Assembly (NCBI GenBank): GCA_965248195.1
Contig: CBDFIQ010000001.1
Span: 1,216,001-1,280,000, forward strand
DNA: 64,000 bases
DNA from: Longimicrobiales bacterium
Lineage (GTDB): Bacteria > Gemmatimonadota > Gemmatimonadetes > Longimicrobiales > Gaopeijiaceae
Direction of reading: 5' to 3'
Each line of letters opens with the position of its first letter. The first letter of the stretch is position 1. Positions 38,981 to 48,138 of this stretch are shown here, piece by piece. The position numbers were made by a program, and so were the translations under genes. The notes under the pieces are model-generated. The model was not told the origin of the DNA. It searched no databases and worked only from the letters and a program-made list of their open reading frames with translations.

Positions 38981-40384
38981 ATGATGTCCGTCGCAGAAAA
39001 CACGTACGTAGGGACCCGAAGAGGATTTCTGGTTCTGACAGTCGTCGGATTGGTGGGCCTTCCGGGCGTTGTTGCCGGCCAGGACATCACCTTCGCCTCG
39101 GACGTCGCTCCGATTCTACAGCAGAACTGTCAGATCTGTCACCGACCGGGGGCGATCGGCCCGATGCCTCTGCTCACGTACGAAGACGCCAGGAGTTATG
39201 GTTTTTTTATCAAGATGAAGGTGGAGAGCCGACTGATGCCGCCCTGGCAGATTGTACGCGGTGTCGGGATCCAGGATTTCAAGAACGACCGCTCGCTGAG
39301 CGACGAAGAGATCAGCACGCTCGTCCAGTGGGTCGATTCGGGCATGCCGGAGGGAAACCCGGCGGATCTTCCAGAGCCTATCGATTGGGCTGCGCGTGAC
39401 GTGCTGGGTTGGCAGCTCGAGGGACAGCTGGGGCGCCCGCCGGATATGATCGTGGCTTCACCGCCGTTCGACGTGGTTCCCAACGGTCAAGACCAGTGGT
39501 CGTTCCCGATAACGAGGCTGGACGATCTGAAGGAGCGGAGGGTGGTCATGGCCGCCGAGATCAGGCCCGGGAATGTCGAGGCACGATACGTTTTTCACCA
39601 CGGCAACAGTCGGTTGGCCGCTTCGGCTGCCGGAAAGGACTACGACGTCTACCCCGAAGATGGCGGGACGACGCTCGAGCCCGGTGAGGAAATCTCATGG
39701 AACCTGCACTTCTTTCCTATCGGGCAGGAAGTCAAAGACGCCTTCATCGAAACCGGCGTGTGGTTCTACCCGAAGGACCAGGAGCCGCAGTTCGAGTCCT
39801 ATTCTACCACGTTCTTGGCTGATCCCATCAACAACCGCAGCGTCATGCCATCGGGTAATCCGTGTTGGAAGCAGCCCGCGGAGGCTGACTTGGACAGCGA
39901 GGCATGTACGCGGCTGACCAGATCCAACAGCCTTCTGATACCGCCCAATGGCCAAGCGATGCTGCAGGGCGTGCACGTGCTCGATCGGCCCATGCGGCTC
40001 CACAGTATTCGGGGGCACATGCACATGCGCGGCAGGCATCATTCGCTGGAAGCGATCTATCCCGATGGTAGGCATGAAATCGTGAACAGGATCAACTTCG
40101 ACCAGAGATGGCATATCGCGCACATCTATGAAGATCACGCGCGGCCGCTCTTCCCGAAGGGGACGGTCCTCATCGTCAACTCGTACTACGACAATACGGC
40201 AGACAACCCGACCAATCCCGATCCCGAGCAGTGGGTTACGTTTGGCAGACGGAGTGCCAGCGAGATGTCACACCTGTGGGTTGGGGTGACCTATTTCGAC
40301 AACGAGGAAGACTTCCAGAAGTTGGTAGAGGAGCGCGAACAGCGCAGACGGACGCCTGCGAACGCAGTAGGAGGAGATGGCTAA
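38981..40384 (+). CDS. Heme c-fused PHM/DBH-like copper monooxygenase, copy 2 (Arg type)
   Basis: CQICH and MPPW. VFHH, LHFFP, RGHMH, SEM. Confidence 0.9.
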   Translation: MMSVAENTYVGTRRGFLVLTVVGLVGLPGVVAGQDITFASDVAPILQQNCQICHRPGAIGPMPLLTYEDARSYGFFIKMKVESRLMPPWQIVRGVGIQDFKNDRSLSDEEISTLVQWVDSGMPEGNPADLPEPIDWAARDVLGWQLEGQLGRPPDMIVASPPFDVVPNGQDQWSFPITRLDDLKERRVVMAAEIRPGNVEARYVFHHGNSRLAASAAGKDYDVYPEDGGTTLEPGEEISWNLHFFPIGQEVKDAFIETGVWFYPKDQEPQFESYSTTFLADPINNRSVMPSGNPCWKQPAEADLDSEACTRLTRSNSLLIPPNGQAMLQGVHVLDRPMRLHSIRGHMHMRGRHHSLEAIYPDGRHEIVNRINFDQRWHIAHIYEDHARPLFPKGTVLIVNSYYDNTADNPTNPDPEQWVTFGRRSASEMSHLWVGVTYFDNEEDFQKLVEEREQRRRTPANAVGGDG

Positions 40385-41276
40385 CCGCTGGGTAGTTGCT
40401 ACGCTTCTGACCATTAGTTGGACTCCCCTCGAGGGGCAGCAGCCCGGCTCCGCCGGTTATGACTTCATGCCGGGGACGTTTCTGCCGTCCGGTCAGCCCA
40501 TTGTACCGATTTTCGAGGGGTGGTATCCGAATCCGGACGGGACCTACGGGCTCTGTTTCGGATACTGGAGCGGCAACACCGAGGAAACGCTGAGCATCCC
40601 ACTGGGATCGGACAACGTCATCGAGCCGAGGCAGTATGACGGCAATCAGCCGACGCTATTCAGGCCAAGACCGAGAACGGGGTGGCGAAGGCATTACTGC
40701 ACCTTTGTGATCGACGTGCCGGCGGACTGGGGGAGCCAGGATGTGATCTGGACGGTCGGGAACCATGGGGAGACGTATGCGGCGGTAGGGCACCTGACGG
40801 TGCCTTCCTATATGCTCGACGAACCAGTGGCCGCGGGGCGTGCGTCCTCCATCCCCGAAGACGAACCGTGGGATTCGAGGGCGGGCTACGGGAGCTGGCA
40901 GGGCGCTGAGGCACCCCTGCTCCAATTCGTCGAGCCGGGCGGGCCGGAAGGGATCGGACGGAGTGGCGTGACTGCCGGACCGGTCACGGTCCGCGTCGGA
41001 CAGCCACTGACGCTGAGGGTCAGGGTGGGCACCCCCGACGGGAGGGACGCCCGCTGGTGGGTTGGATGGTGGGAGCACCAAGGTCCCGGGACCGTGACGA
41101 TCGGCCAGCGAGAGATGGAAGCCGACCCGACGACTGACTATTTGGCGACGACCACGGCAACGTTCAATGAACCGGGCGACTACGTTATCGCTTTGCAGGC
41201 GATCGAGAGCATTCAATCCTTCGAGCGCTTCTGCTGTTGGACCAACGGCTACGTGGAGGTCACCGTTACACGGTAA
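40377..41276 (+). CDS. Secreted 'CCWTN' protein, copy 2
   Basis: PIFEGWYPNPDGTY, FNEPGDY, CCWTNGY. Start overlaps the monooxygenase stop by 8 nt. Confidence 0.88.
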   Translation: MANRWVVATLLTISWTPLEGQQPGSAGYDFMPGTFLPSGQPIVPIFEGWYPNPDGTYGLCFGYWSGNTEETLSIPLGSDNVIEPRQYDGNQPTLFRPRPRTGWRRHYCTFVIDVPADWGSQDVIWTVGNHGETYAAVGHLTVPSYMLDEPVAAGRASSIPEDEPWDSRAGYGSWQGAEAPLLQFVEPGGPEGIGRSGVTAGPVTVRVGQPLTLRVRVGTPDGRDARWWVGWWEHQGPGTVTIGQREMEADPTTDYLATTTATFNEPGDYVIALQAIESIQSFERFCCWTNGYVEVTVTR

Positions 41277-41379
41277 GGGGTGTAAATCGGTCTCCTCGTG
41301 ACCCCTTGCCTACTCCTGCTCACTTTCGTATCTCGACAAAGCGTGGACGCACGTCGCTAACGCTTTCAGGGAGATTGAG

Positions 41380-42441
41380 ATGAAGCATGCCAATCGGATC
41401 GGGTCGACATTCCTCGCCGTCTTCGCGGCGTTGGTCGTGATGTTGGCCGGGGATCTACACGCCCAAGGAGCCAACAATCCGTATCACGCCGAAGACGCTT
41501 GGGAGAACCTCCCGGAGGGGAGGGTCTTCGGAGCGCTCACTGGGGGCTTCCCTGATCCCGATGGCGAGCACCTGTGGATGTTGAACAGGTGTGGCGCAAA
41601 CATATGCGCGGATAGCGACCTGGACCCGATCCTCAAGTTCGACATGGACGGGAACGTGGTGGACAGCTTCGGCGGAGGCCTATTCGGGTTCCCTCACGGT
41701 TTCTTCCTGGACCACGACGGTTTTCTGTGGGTGACCGAGGGTGCGCCCGACGGAGACAATCGCGCAGAACCTGGCTACAGGCGTGGGTTGGGCCATCAGG
41801 TCCACAAACTCAACCAGCGGGGAGAGGTGGTGATGAGCCTGGGCGAGGCCGGAGTCCACGGGGACGATGAGGACCACTTCAATGGACCCGCTGATGTTCT
41901 GGTCGCTCCGAATGGTGATATCTGGGTCGCGGATGGGCATCGCGGCGGCAACAACCGCATCGTCAAATTCGACAGCGAGGGTCGATTCCTCCTGGCGGTG
42001 GGTGGTGGTGTCGGTTCAGAGAGCAAGGAAGCGGGCAGGTTTGATGATCCGCATGGTCTCGCGATGGATTCCAGAGGACGGCTCTTCGTCGCCGATCGGG
42101 GTAACAGTCGGATTCAGATCTTCGACCAGACGGGCGATCTCCTCGCGATTTGGACGCAGTTCGGAAAGCCGAGCGGTCTCTTCATCGACGGTGACGACAT
42201 CCTCTATGTGGTCGACGGGTTGTCGGGTCTGGAACGTCCCGCATGGCGGGACAACCCCGGATGGGAGCAGGGTATCCGGATCGGAGACGCTGAAACGGGG
42301 TGGGTGACGGCCTTCATTCCCAACGTTTCTGCGGCGGCCGGTGCCGGCATGGAGTTCCTTGCCGTGGATTTCGAGGGCAACATCTACGTCAACGACCTCT
42401 CCCGAGTGCGTTTGGCGAAGTACACGCAGTTCAGGCCGTAG
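41380..42441 (+). CDS. Secreted PAL-like NHL beta-propeller (DGH/Glu variant)
   Basis: FPHGF, ADGHRGGNNR, DPHGL, ADRGNSR, GMEFL. Signal peptide ending LHA-Q. Confidence 0.88.
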   Translation: MKHANRIGSTFLAVFAALVVMLAGDLHAQGANNPYHAEDAWENLPEGRVFGALTGGFPDPDGEHLWMLNRCGANICADSDLDPILKFDMDGNVVDSFGGGLFGFPHGFFLDHDGFLWVTEGAPDGDNRAEPGYRRGLGHQVHKLNQRGEVVMSLGEAGVHGDDEDHFNGPADVLVAPNGDIWVADGHRGGNNRIVKFDSEGRFLLAVGGGVGSESKEAGRFDDPHGLAMDSRGRLFVADRGNSRIQIFDQTGDLLAIWTQFGKPSGLFIDGDDILYVVDGLSGLERPAWRDNPGWEQGIRIGDAETGWVTAFIPNVSAAAGAGMEFLAVDFEGNIYVNDLSRVRLAKYTQFRP

Positions 42442-42539
42442 GCCGCCCGACCGGGCCCGGGTAGCCCTTCTCCCTCACGGTCAGGCTCCACGCGCACGGG
42501 TGGTCCGTTCGCGGCCGGATCAGAGGGCTGGCGCGGATG

Positions 42540-43004
42540 CTACGCGCCGGCCGCCTCGATGTGTATGTCCTCGAGTGCGGACGCGTCGGCCGCCAGGTCC
42601 GCCTCGCCCGCCGGATAGCCGTTCTCCCTCAGTATGTAGCTGATGATGTCCGCATATTCCTCGGGGCTTAGACTGCCCGGATTACCTTCCGGCATTAACG
42701 TCGACGTCACCTGGAAGAAGTCCCCCACCGTGCGACCCACCCAAACCAACCTGAACCTGGCGCCGGTGAAGTCATTGATCCGGTGGCATGAGGTGCACAC
42801 TTGCTGAAACCTCGCCTGGCCCCGAGAGGCTTGCTGTGCCGTGAATACCCCGTCCAATACCGAGCTGCCAGCAGGTGTAGCGGCCTCCGGCTGTGACGGG
42901 CCGGCAGCAGGGGCAGTAGCCTCCGGCCGCTGGACCGACGCGCACGCCGTCAGGACCAATGCCGAGACCAGCGCGAGCACGACCGAAGCCAATGAATGCC
43001 TCAA
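42540..43004 (-). CDS. Monoheme cytochrome c lipoprotein
   Basis: Lipobox LTAC, CTSCH, MPEGNPGSL. Confidence 0.88.
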   Translation of the reverse strand: MRHSLASVVLALVSALVLTACASVQRPEATAPAAGPSQPEAATPAGSSVLDGVFTAQQASRGQARFQQVCTSCHRINDFTGARFRLVWVGRTVGDFFQVTSTLMPEGNPGSLSPEEYADIISYILRENGYPAGEADLAADASALEDIHIEAAGA

Positions 43005-43348
43005 TTCTCACTGCCCATTTCAGACCTCCTGTATTGCTGGCGGGGATCCATCGTTGGTCGGGTCCTCCCGAGAGCGGCGGCCGTATAGACGAGCAGGCGA
43101 ACCGAACAGGCCGATGGATGCACCTCGAGGCGGTCAAAGTCAACCCATTACAACTGCTGAATCAACCTCGTTGAGTCGATCCACGCTTTCGGAGATGACG
43201 AAACCCACCCTGATATCGCGGCCTGACCTCTTCGCCAGATGAAGCGCCGGCCGATCCCGATCTGGGCGTTCCTGACCTGAAGGAAGTCCTGGTGTTCCTG
43301 ACCTCGTGGGGGTTCCCCCGCTGGAGTCCGAAGACTCGGAACATCGGG

Positions 43349-43377
43349 TTGACAAACCAGATTACGTCTCGTACTTA
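43349..43377 (+). promoter_or_regulatory. Possible sigma70 promoter of susC3
   Basis: TTGACA at 43349-43354 with a weak -10 (TACTTA) 17 nt downstream, in an AT-rich intergenic region. Confidence 0.35.
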
Positions 43378-43486
43378 TCATTGTGAAGTAGTGCCTTTTA
43401 CGGCATGGGAGGTGTCTTTTATCCCATTGGACGTGATCATCCCCGTCCGACACAACTGGTCAATGTCTAGTGTTCGATGTCTAGCA

Positions 43487-43600
43487 TTGTTTGAGGAGTA
43501 GATCGGACCCGAGCAAAGGAGGGTTGGCATGATGAACAAATTGTTTGAAAAGCAGATGCAGATCGCGACCCAAAGAAGGAGGAGCGGCATGATGAACAAA
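43487..43600 (+). repeat. Tandem duplication of the RBS-plus-start region of susC3
   Basis: TTGTTTGA..GATCG..ACCC..AAGGAGG..GGCATGATGAACAAA occurs twice, giving in-frame ATGs at 43529 and 43589. Confidence 0.8.
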
Positions 43601-46600
43601 GTGCGAACGCTTTTCGTCGGTTTGGTCCTCTGGGCGGCTGTCGGTGCCGGCTCCGCGATGGCGCAGGAGGGCACGTTGACGGGCCTGGTGACGTCGGCCG
43701 CGACCGGCGGTCCTTTGGTCAGTGTGCAGGTCTTCATCGAGGGTACGGGGGTGGGCGGGCTCACGCAGGGGAGTGGTCGATTTTTGATCTTGAACGTGTC
43801 GCCGGGCACTTATTCGGTGACGGCGGATCGGATCGGCTACGCATCGGTGACGAGGCAGGTGTCGGTTATGGCCGGCGAGACCGCCGTGCTCGACTACGTG
43901 ATGGAAGAGGAGGCGCTCGCGCTCGACGAGATCATCGTGACGGGCACGGCGGGCGGCACGCAGAGGCGGGCCATCGGAAACCAGGTCGAGCGGCTGGACG
44001 TCGGCTCGGTCCTGGAGGTCAGTCCGGCAGCCAACATAGAGGAAGTGCTTACCGGCAGAATTCCGGGGCTCTACGTTACCCAAAGCGGCGGAAATGTGGG
44101 CTTCAATGGCTCTAAGGTTCGCATTCGGGGAGTGTCGAGCGTCGGCGTTCCTAATGATCCCATCGTCTACGTCGATGGGATCCGGGTCAACAGCGCCGTC
44201 ACCTCCTACGGTAGTCAGCAGGCGACCTCGAGGCTCAACGACATCAATCCCCAGGACATCGAGAGCATCGAGGTGATCAAGGGCCCGGCCGCGGCCACGC
44301 TGTACGGGACCGAAGCCTCGAACGGGGTGATCCAGATCATCACCAAGCGCGGGGTGTCGGGCGCGCCGTCCTACACGGGACGCCTCGAGTACGGGGCCAA
44401 CTGGTTCAACTCGCCTCGATCAACGATCGGGGACCGTTGGGACCGCGATCCAAATACCGGGGAGGTCATTGGCCCGCTTAGTCTCTATCAAATAGAAAGC
44501 GACCGTTTGGGTAGGGAGCTCTTCCAGAACGGGCCCATCGCGAAGGCCAGCCTCGCGGTCCGAGGCGGAACGGATTTTATTCGGTATTACGGGTCCTTCG
44601 ACCGATCCTACGAGGAAGGGTTCGTCGCTTGGAACCACGACACGCAGATGAGCGGGAGATTGAACGTTTCAGTCACTGCGAGCCCGTCGATTGAGTTCAC
44701 GTTCAACGGGTCGTTCAACAAGGGGAACACCCGGAGTGCCGGAGGTAATATCTGGGGGACCTTCATGAGACAGCAGCTCTCGACCGTAGGCGAGGACCCG
44801 GCGAGTTGTGAGCCAAAATGCCAGCGCGGATTCCAGATTCCGCCCGAAATATACGAGGAGTTCCAGTTTGAAACGTTCGAGCTTGAGCGCAACACGTGGA
44901 ACATAGAACTGAAGGTCAATCCACAGGGTTTGCCTTGGCTCCAGAATCGGTTGATCCTAGGAAGGGACAGAGCAACAGAGGACGAGATAGACCTCACCCG
45001 CAGGGAAGAGTTCGCACCCAACCACTGGTTCGGCAGCAGGGGTTTGGGGAGGAAGGAACTCGACGTCAAAGAGGTTACGATCAACACCTTCGACTTCTCG
45101 TCCACGGCGGCCTGGCAGGTTACGAGCAGTCTCGGGACCGCCACGTCCATAGGCGCGCAGTACTTTAAGACCACGACCTTGGACACCTTCCTGCGCGGTG
45201 ATGAGTTCGCTACGTTTGCTTTGACGACCGTCGGTGCCGCAGCCAGGACAGAGTCCGACGAAGACTTCCTCCAGAACATAACGATGGGCGCCTACGTCCA
45301 GGAGCAGTTCGACTGGGAGCAGCGACTCTTCCTCACCCTAGCCCTTCGTGTGGACGACAACAGTGCGTTCGGCACGAACTTCGATGTGGCGAAGTACCCC
45401 AAGGTGAGCGGGGCGTGGGTGGTGAGCGAGGAGTCGTTCTTCGACATCGGCTTCATCGAGCAGCTGCGGTTACGGTCCGCGTGGGGACAGGCGGGACAGC
45501 AGCCGGACGTGTTCGCTGCCACCCGGCTGTACACAACCCAACAAGGCCCGGGTGGCGTACCTATTTTGACGCCGTCCGCATTCGGTAACCCGGATCTGGG
45601 GCCCGAAAAGGGCCAAGAGTTGGAAGTCGGCTTCGAAGCCTCATTGTTTGGCGGGCGCGTGGGCATCGACTTCAGCCAGTATTGGAAGACTACGAAGAAC
45701 GCGATCGTTTCGCAGATCGTTTCCGAATCCTTCGGGTTCCCGGGTACTCAGTTCGTCAATGCCGGTGAGATCAGGAACTGGGGCACGGAGGTGGGGCTCC
45801 AGATAATGGCCCTAGACGCGGGTTTCCTGCGTTGGGACGTTGGCATCGCTGCCGCTCGTATGAAGAACGAAGCGACGACACTTGGCGACCAGCCGCGAAT
45901 CCTGATACAGGGACGATACGGGACTTACCACGTGGAAGGATTTCCGCTGGCGTCGCTCTGGGCCCCGCACGTCGTTTCGGCGGATTTCGTATCGGGTAAC
46001 AGCGGCCAGGTGGAAAACATCATGTGTGACAGCGGCATTGGTCCAGAAGGGTTCAAGCTCCCGGGTGGGCCACCCGTTCTGTGTTCCGAGTCCGCGCCCC
46101 TGCTTTACTACGGCCGCACTGGTGAGCCGACGTGGACCCTCAACATGAGTAACACGATCACCCTGGGTAATAACGTGCGGCTCTTCGCGAACATCGATGG
46201 TCGTGGCGGGCATGGGCGAGTGGATCAGGATATCGCCGCCGGGCTGACCAGTTGGGATAACCTGGAGGCGAGGGTCTTTGAGGACAACGCCATATTCCAA
46301 GCCCAACGCTCGATCGACCGGGTCCCAGCGGCGAGGTATAGGGCCGGATTCTTCTCCCTACGCGAGCTTGCGCTCCAGTACAACCTTCCCGCTTCGTTTG
46401 CGGACAGGGTGGGGGCCAGTCGCATCTCGGTGAAAGCGGCAGCCCACAACGTCGTTTACCTCTGGCGCGAACAGAGCCTGAGCGACATCGTCAACGTACC
46501 CGTTCCAAGCCCCGAGAGGGACAGCAGAGCAGCGGAATTCGGTGGAGGCACCCATACGGCGACGCCTCCGCTACAGAGGGCTGTCTTCACGGTGAACTTC

Positions 46601-46609
46601 ACGTTCTAA
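43589..46609 (+). CDS. susC: SusC/RagA-family TonB-dependent transporter 3
   Basis: Plug signature, C-terminal Phe, signal peptide ending AMA-Q. Alternative start at 43529. Confidence 0.95.
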   Translation: MMNKVRTLFVGLVLWAAVGAGSAMAQEGTLTGLVTSAATGGPLVSVQVFIEGTGVGGLTQGSGRFLILNVSPGTYSVTADRIGYASVTRQVSVMAGETAVLDYVMEEEALALDEIIVTGTAGGTQRRAIGNQVERLDVGSVLEVSPAANIEEVLTGRIPGLYVTQSGGNVGFNGSKVRIRGVSSVGVPNDPIVYVDGIRVNSAVTSYGSQQATSRLNDINPQDIESIEVIKGPAAATLYGTEASNGVIQIITKRGVSGAPSYTGRLEYGANWFNSPRSTIGDRWDRDPNTGEVIGPLSLYQIESDRLGRELFQNGPIAKASLAVRGGTDFIRYYGSFDRSYEEGFVAWNHDTQMSGRLNVSVTASPSIEFTFNGSFNKGNTRSAGGNIWGTFMRQQLSTVGEDPASCEPKCQRGFQIPPEIYEEFQFETFELERNTWNIELKVNPQGLPWLQNRLILGRDRATEDEIDLTRREEFAPNHWFGSRGLGRKELDVKEVTINTFDFSSTAAWQVTSSLGTATSIGAQYFKTTTLDTFLRGDEFATFALTTVGAAARTESDEDFLQNITMGAYVQEQFDWEQRLFLTLALRVDDNSAFGTNFDVAKYPKVSGAWVVSEESFFDIGFIEQLRLRSAWGQAGQQPDVFAATRLYTTQQGPGGVPILTPSAFGNPDLGPEKGQELEVGFEASLFGGRVGIDFSQYWKTTKNAIVSQIVSESFGFPGTQFVNAGEIRNWGTEVGLQIMALDAGFLRWDVGIAAARMKNEATTLGDQPRILIQGRYGTYHVEGFPLASLWAPHVVSADFVSGNSGQVENIMCDSGIGPEGFKLPGGPPVLCSESAPLLYYGRTGEPTWTLNMSNTITLGNNVRLFANIDGRGGHGRVDQDIAAGLTSWDNLEARVFEDNAIFQAQRSIDRVPAARYRAGFFSLRELALQYNLPASFADRVGASRISVKAAAHNVVYLWREQSLSDIVNVPVPSPERDSRAAEFGGGTHTATPPLQRAVFTVNFTF

Positions 46610-46621
46610 GTCAAAAAACGT

Positions 46622-46654
46622 GGGCGCCGTCATCCGAGCGGGATGGCGGCGCCC
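46622..46654. other. Intercistronic GC-rich hairpin between susC3 and susD3
   Basis: GGGCGCCGTCATCC-GAGCG-GGATGGCGGCGCCC, with no U tract on the + strand. Confidence 0.6.
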
Positions 46655-46674
46655 CAGCTACCGCAAATGGAGGA

Positions 46675-48078
46675 ATGAAGATGTTTTACTCTGATACAGA
46701 GACGACGGTAGTTCGGCGGCTGGGAGGAGGGCTTCGACGGCACGCCAAGAATGTGGTGCTTGCGCTTGCCTTGATCCTCGTGTCGGCGGCATGCGAATCG
46801 CTCCTGGAAGTGGAGCTCCCGGGGAACCTTGTCGCCACGGATCTGGACGACCCGAAGCTGGCACGTACGCTGGCGCTAGGCGTGCAAGCCGACTTCGAGT
46901 GTACGTATGACAATTTCATTATGTCAATGACCCTGTGGACCACTGAAGGTAATAAGGTGGATAACGGCCGCCCGACTATCGAGACGAACCTGCGGGTAAA
47001 GGAACACTGGGACACCCGTTGGGGGAATGGGTCGTGCACGGAACCACGCCACACGTACATGGGCTTCCATATAGCCCGGGCCGGAGCAGACCTGGCTCAG
47101 GAATTGATCCCGGAGTTCGATGACGCTGACGTCGACGCCAACACCAAGAATTTCCTGCTCGGGTATACAGAAGTGTACGAGGGATGGGCCACTCAGCTCC
47201 TCGGGGAAGAGTACTGCGAGGTCACCTTCGACCAGGGAGCGCCGATAAGCCGAGAGGCTACGTACCAGCGTGCCTTGGACGCCTTCACGGATGCGGCCGG
47301 GCACTTAGCTGGGGTGACCGGGCCCGACGCCGCGCAGGCGAGAAACCTGTGGAACGCGGCGATGACCGGCAAAGCGCGAGCGAATCTCGCGATGGGCAAT
47401 CTTGGGCTGGTCGAAGCGGACGCCAGCCAGGTCGACGTGGACTTTATCTTCTGGGCGACCTACGCGGTTAGTCCCGACCGTCGCCGTAACGATTATTGGG
47501 AAGAGTTCAACGAAGACTTGGGTGCGTCGCTCAGCGAGTTTTACGTTCCCACTAATCACGGCAACAATGGCCTTCCGAACGATCCCAACAATACCTCGGG
47601 AGTCGATCCAAATTTCACGTTCCTGCATGCGTTTTTAGCGGATGGCGTGACGCCGGACCCGAGGGTGCCCGTCTTCCATGACGGTGAGGCGGTGGGCTTT
47701 GACAACTTCTCCGACGTCTGGACCCAGAGGAAGTACCCTGACGTTGACTCCCCCATGCGCATCACGAGCTGGCGTGAGGCGCAGCTCATGATCGCCGAGG
47801 TGAATCCGTCGTTGACCCTGGAGATTATCAACAAACTCCGTGCGGATTGGCCCGGCTTACCTGTGTACGCCGGCGGGACTGCAGCCGAGATTGCTGCTCA
47901 GCTGAGGGTCGAACGCATCAAGGAGTTGTTCATGGACGGCACTCGGATGATCGACAAGATTCGCTGGAACGAGCCGTGGAACATTCTTCTGAATCCGCGT
48001 GGCGAGCCATATAACCCCAATGTTACCGGGTGCGTGCCCCTGGGGCAGTTTGAGACGGGGACGAATCCCAACTTCTGA
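46675..48078 (+). CDS. susD: SusD/RagB-like lipoprotein 3
   Basis: Lipobox [28 protein letters not shown]. Confidence 0.88.
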   Translation: MKMFYSDTETTVVRRLGGGLRRHAKNVVLALALILVSAACESLLEVELPGNLVATDLDDPKLARTLALGVQADFECTYDNFIMSMTLWTTEGNKVDNGRPTIETNLRVKEHWDTRWGNGSCTEPRHTYMGFHIARAGADLAQELIPEFDDADVDANTKNFLLGYTEVYEGWATQLLGEEYCEVTFDQGAPISREATYQRALDAFTDAAGHLAGVTGPDAAQARNLWNAAMTGKARANLAMGNLGLVEADASQVDVDFIFWATYAVSPDRRRNDYWEEFNEDLGASLSEFYVPTNHGNNGLPNDPNNTSGVDPNFTFLHAFLADGVTPDPRVPVFHDGEAVGFDNFSDVWTQRKYPDVDSPMRITSWREAQLMIAEVNPSLTLEIINKLRADWPGLPVYAGGTAAEIAAQLRVERIKELFMDGTRMIDKIRWNEPWNILLNPRGEPYNPNVTGCVPLGQFETGTNPNF

Positions 48079-48093
48079 GGTCTCTTGTGATGC

Positions 48094-48133
48094 AACCGCG
48101 GGGCCGGCCCCGGCCGGCCCCGTTCGGTTTTTT
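48094..48133 (+). terminator. Intrinsic terminator after susD3
   Basis: CGGGGCCGGC/GCCGGCCCCG stem followed by TTCGGTTTTTT. Confidence 0.75.
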
Positions 48134-48138
48134 GGCCT

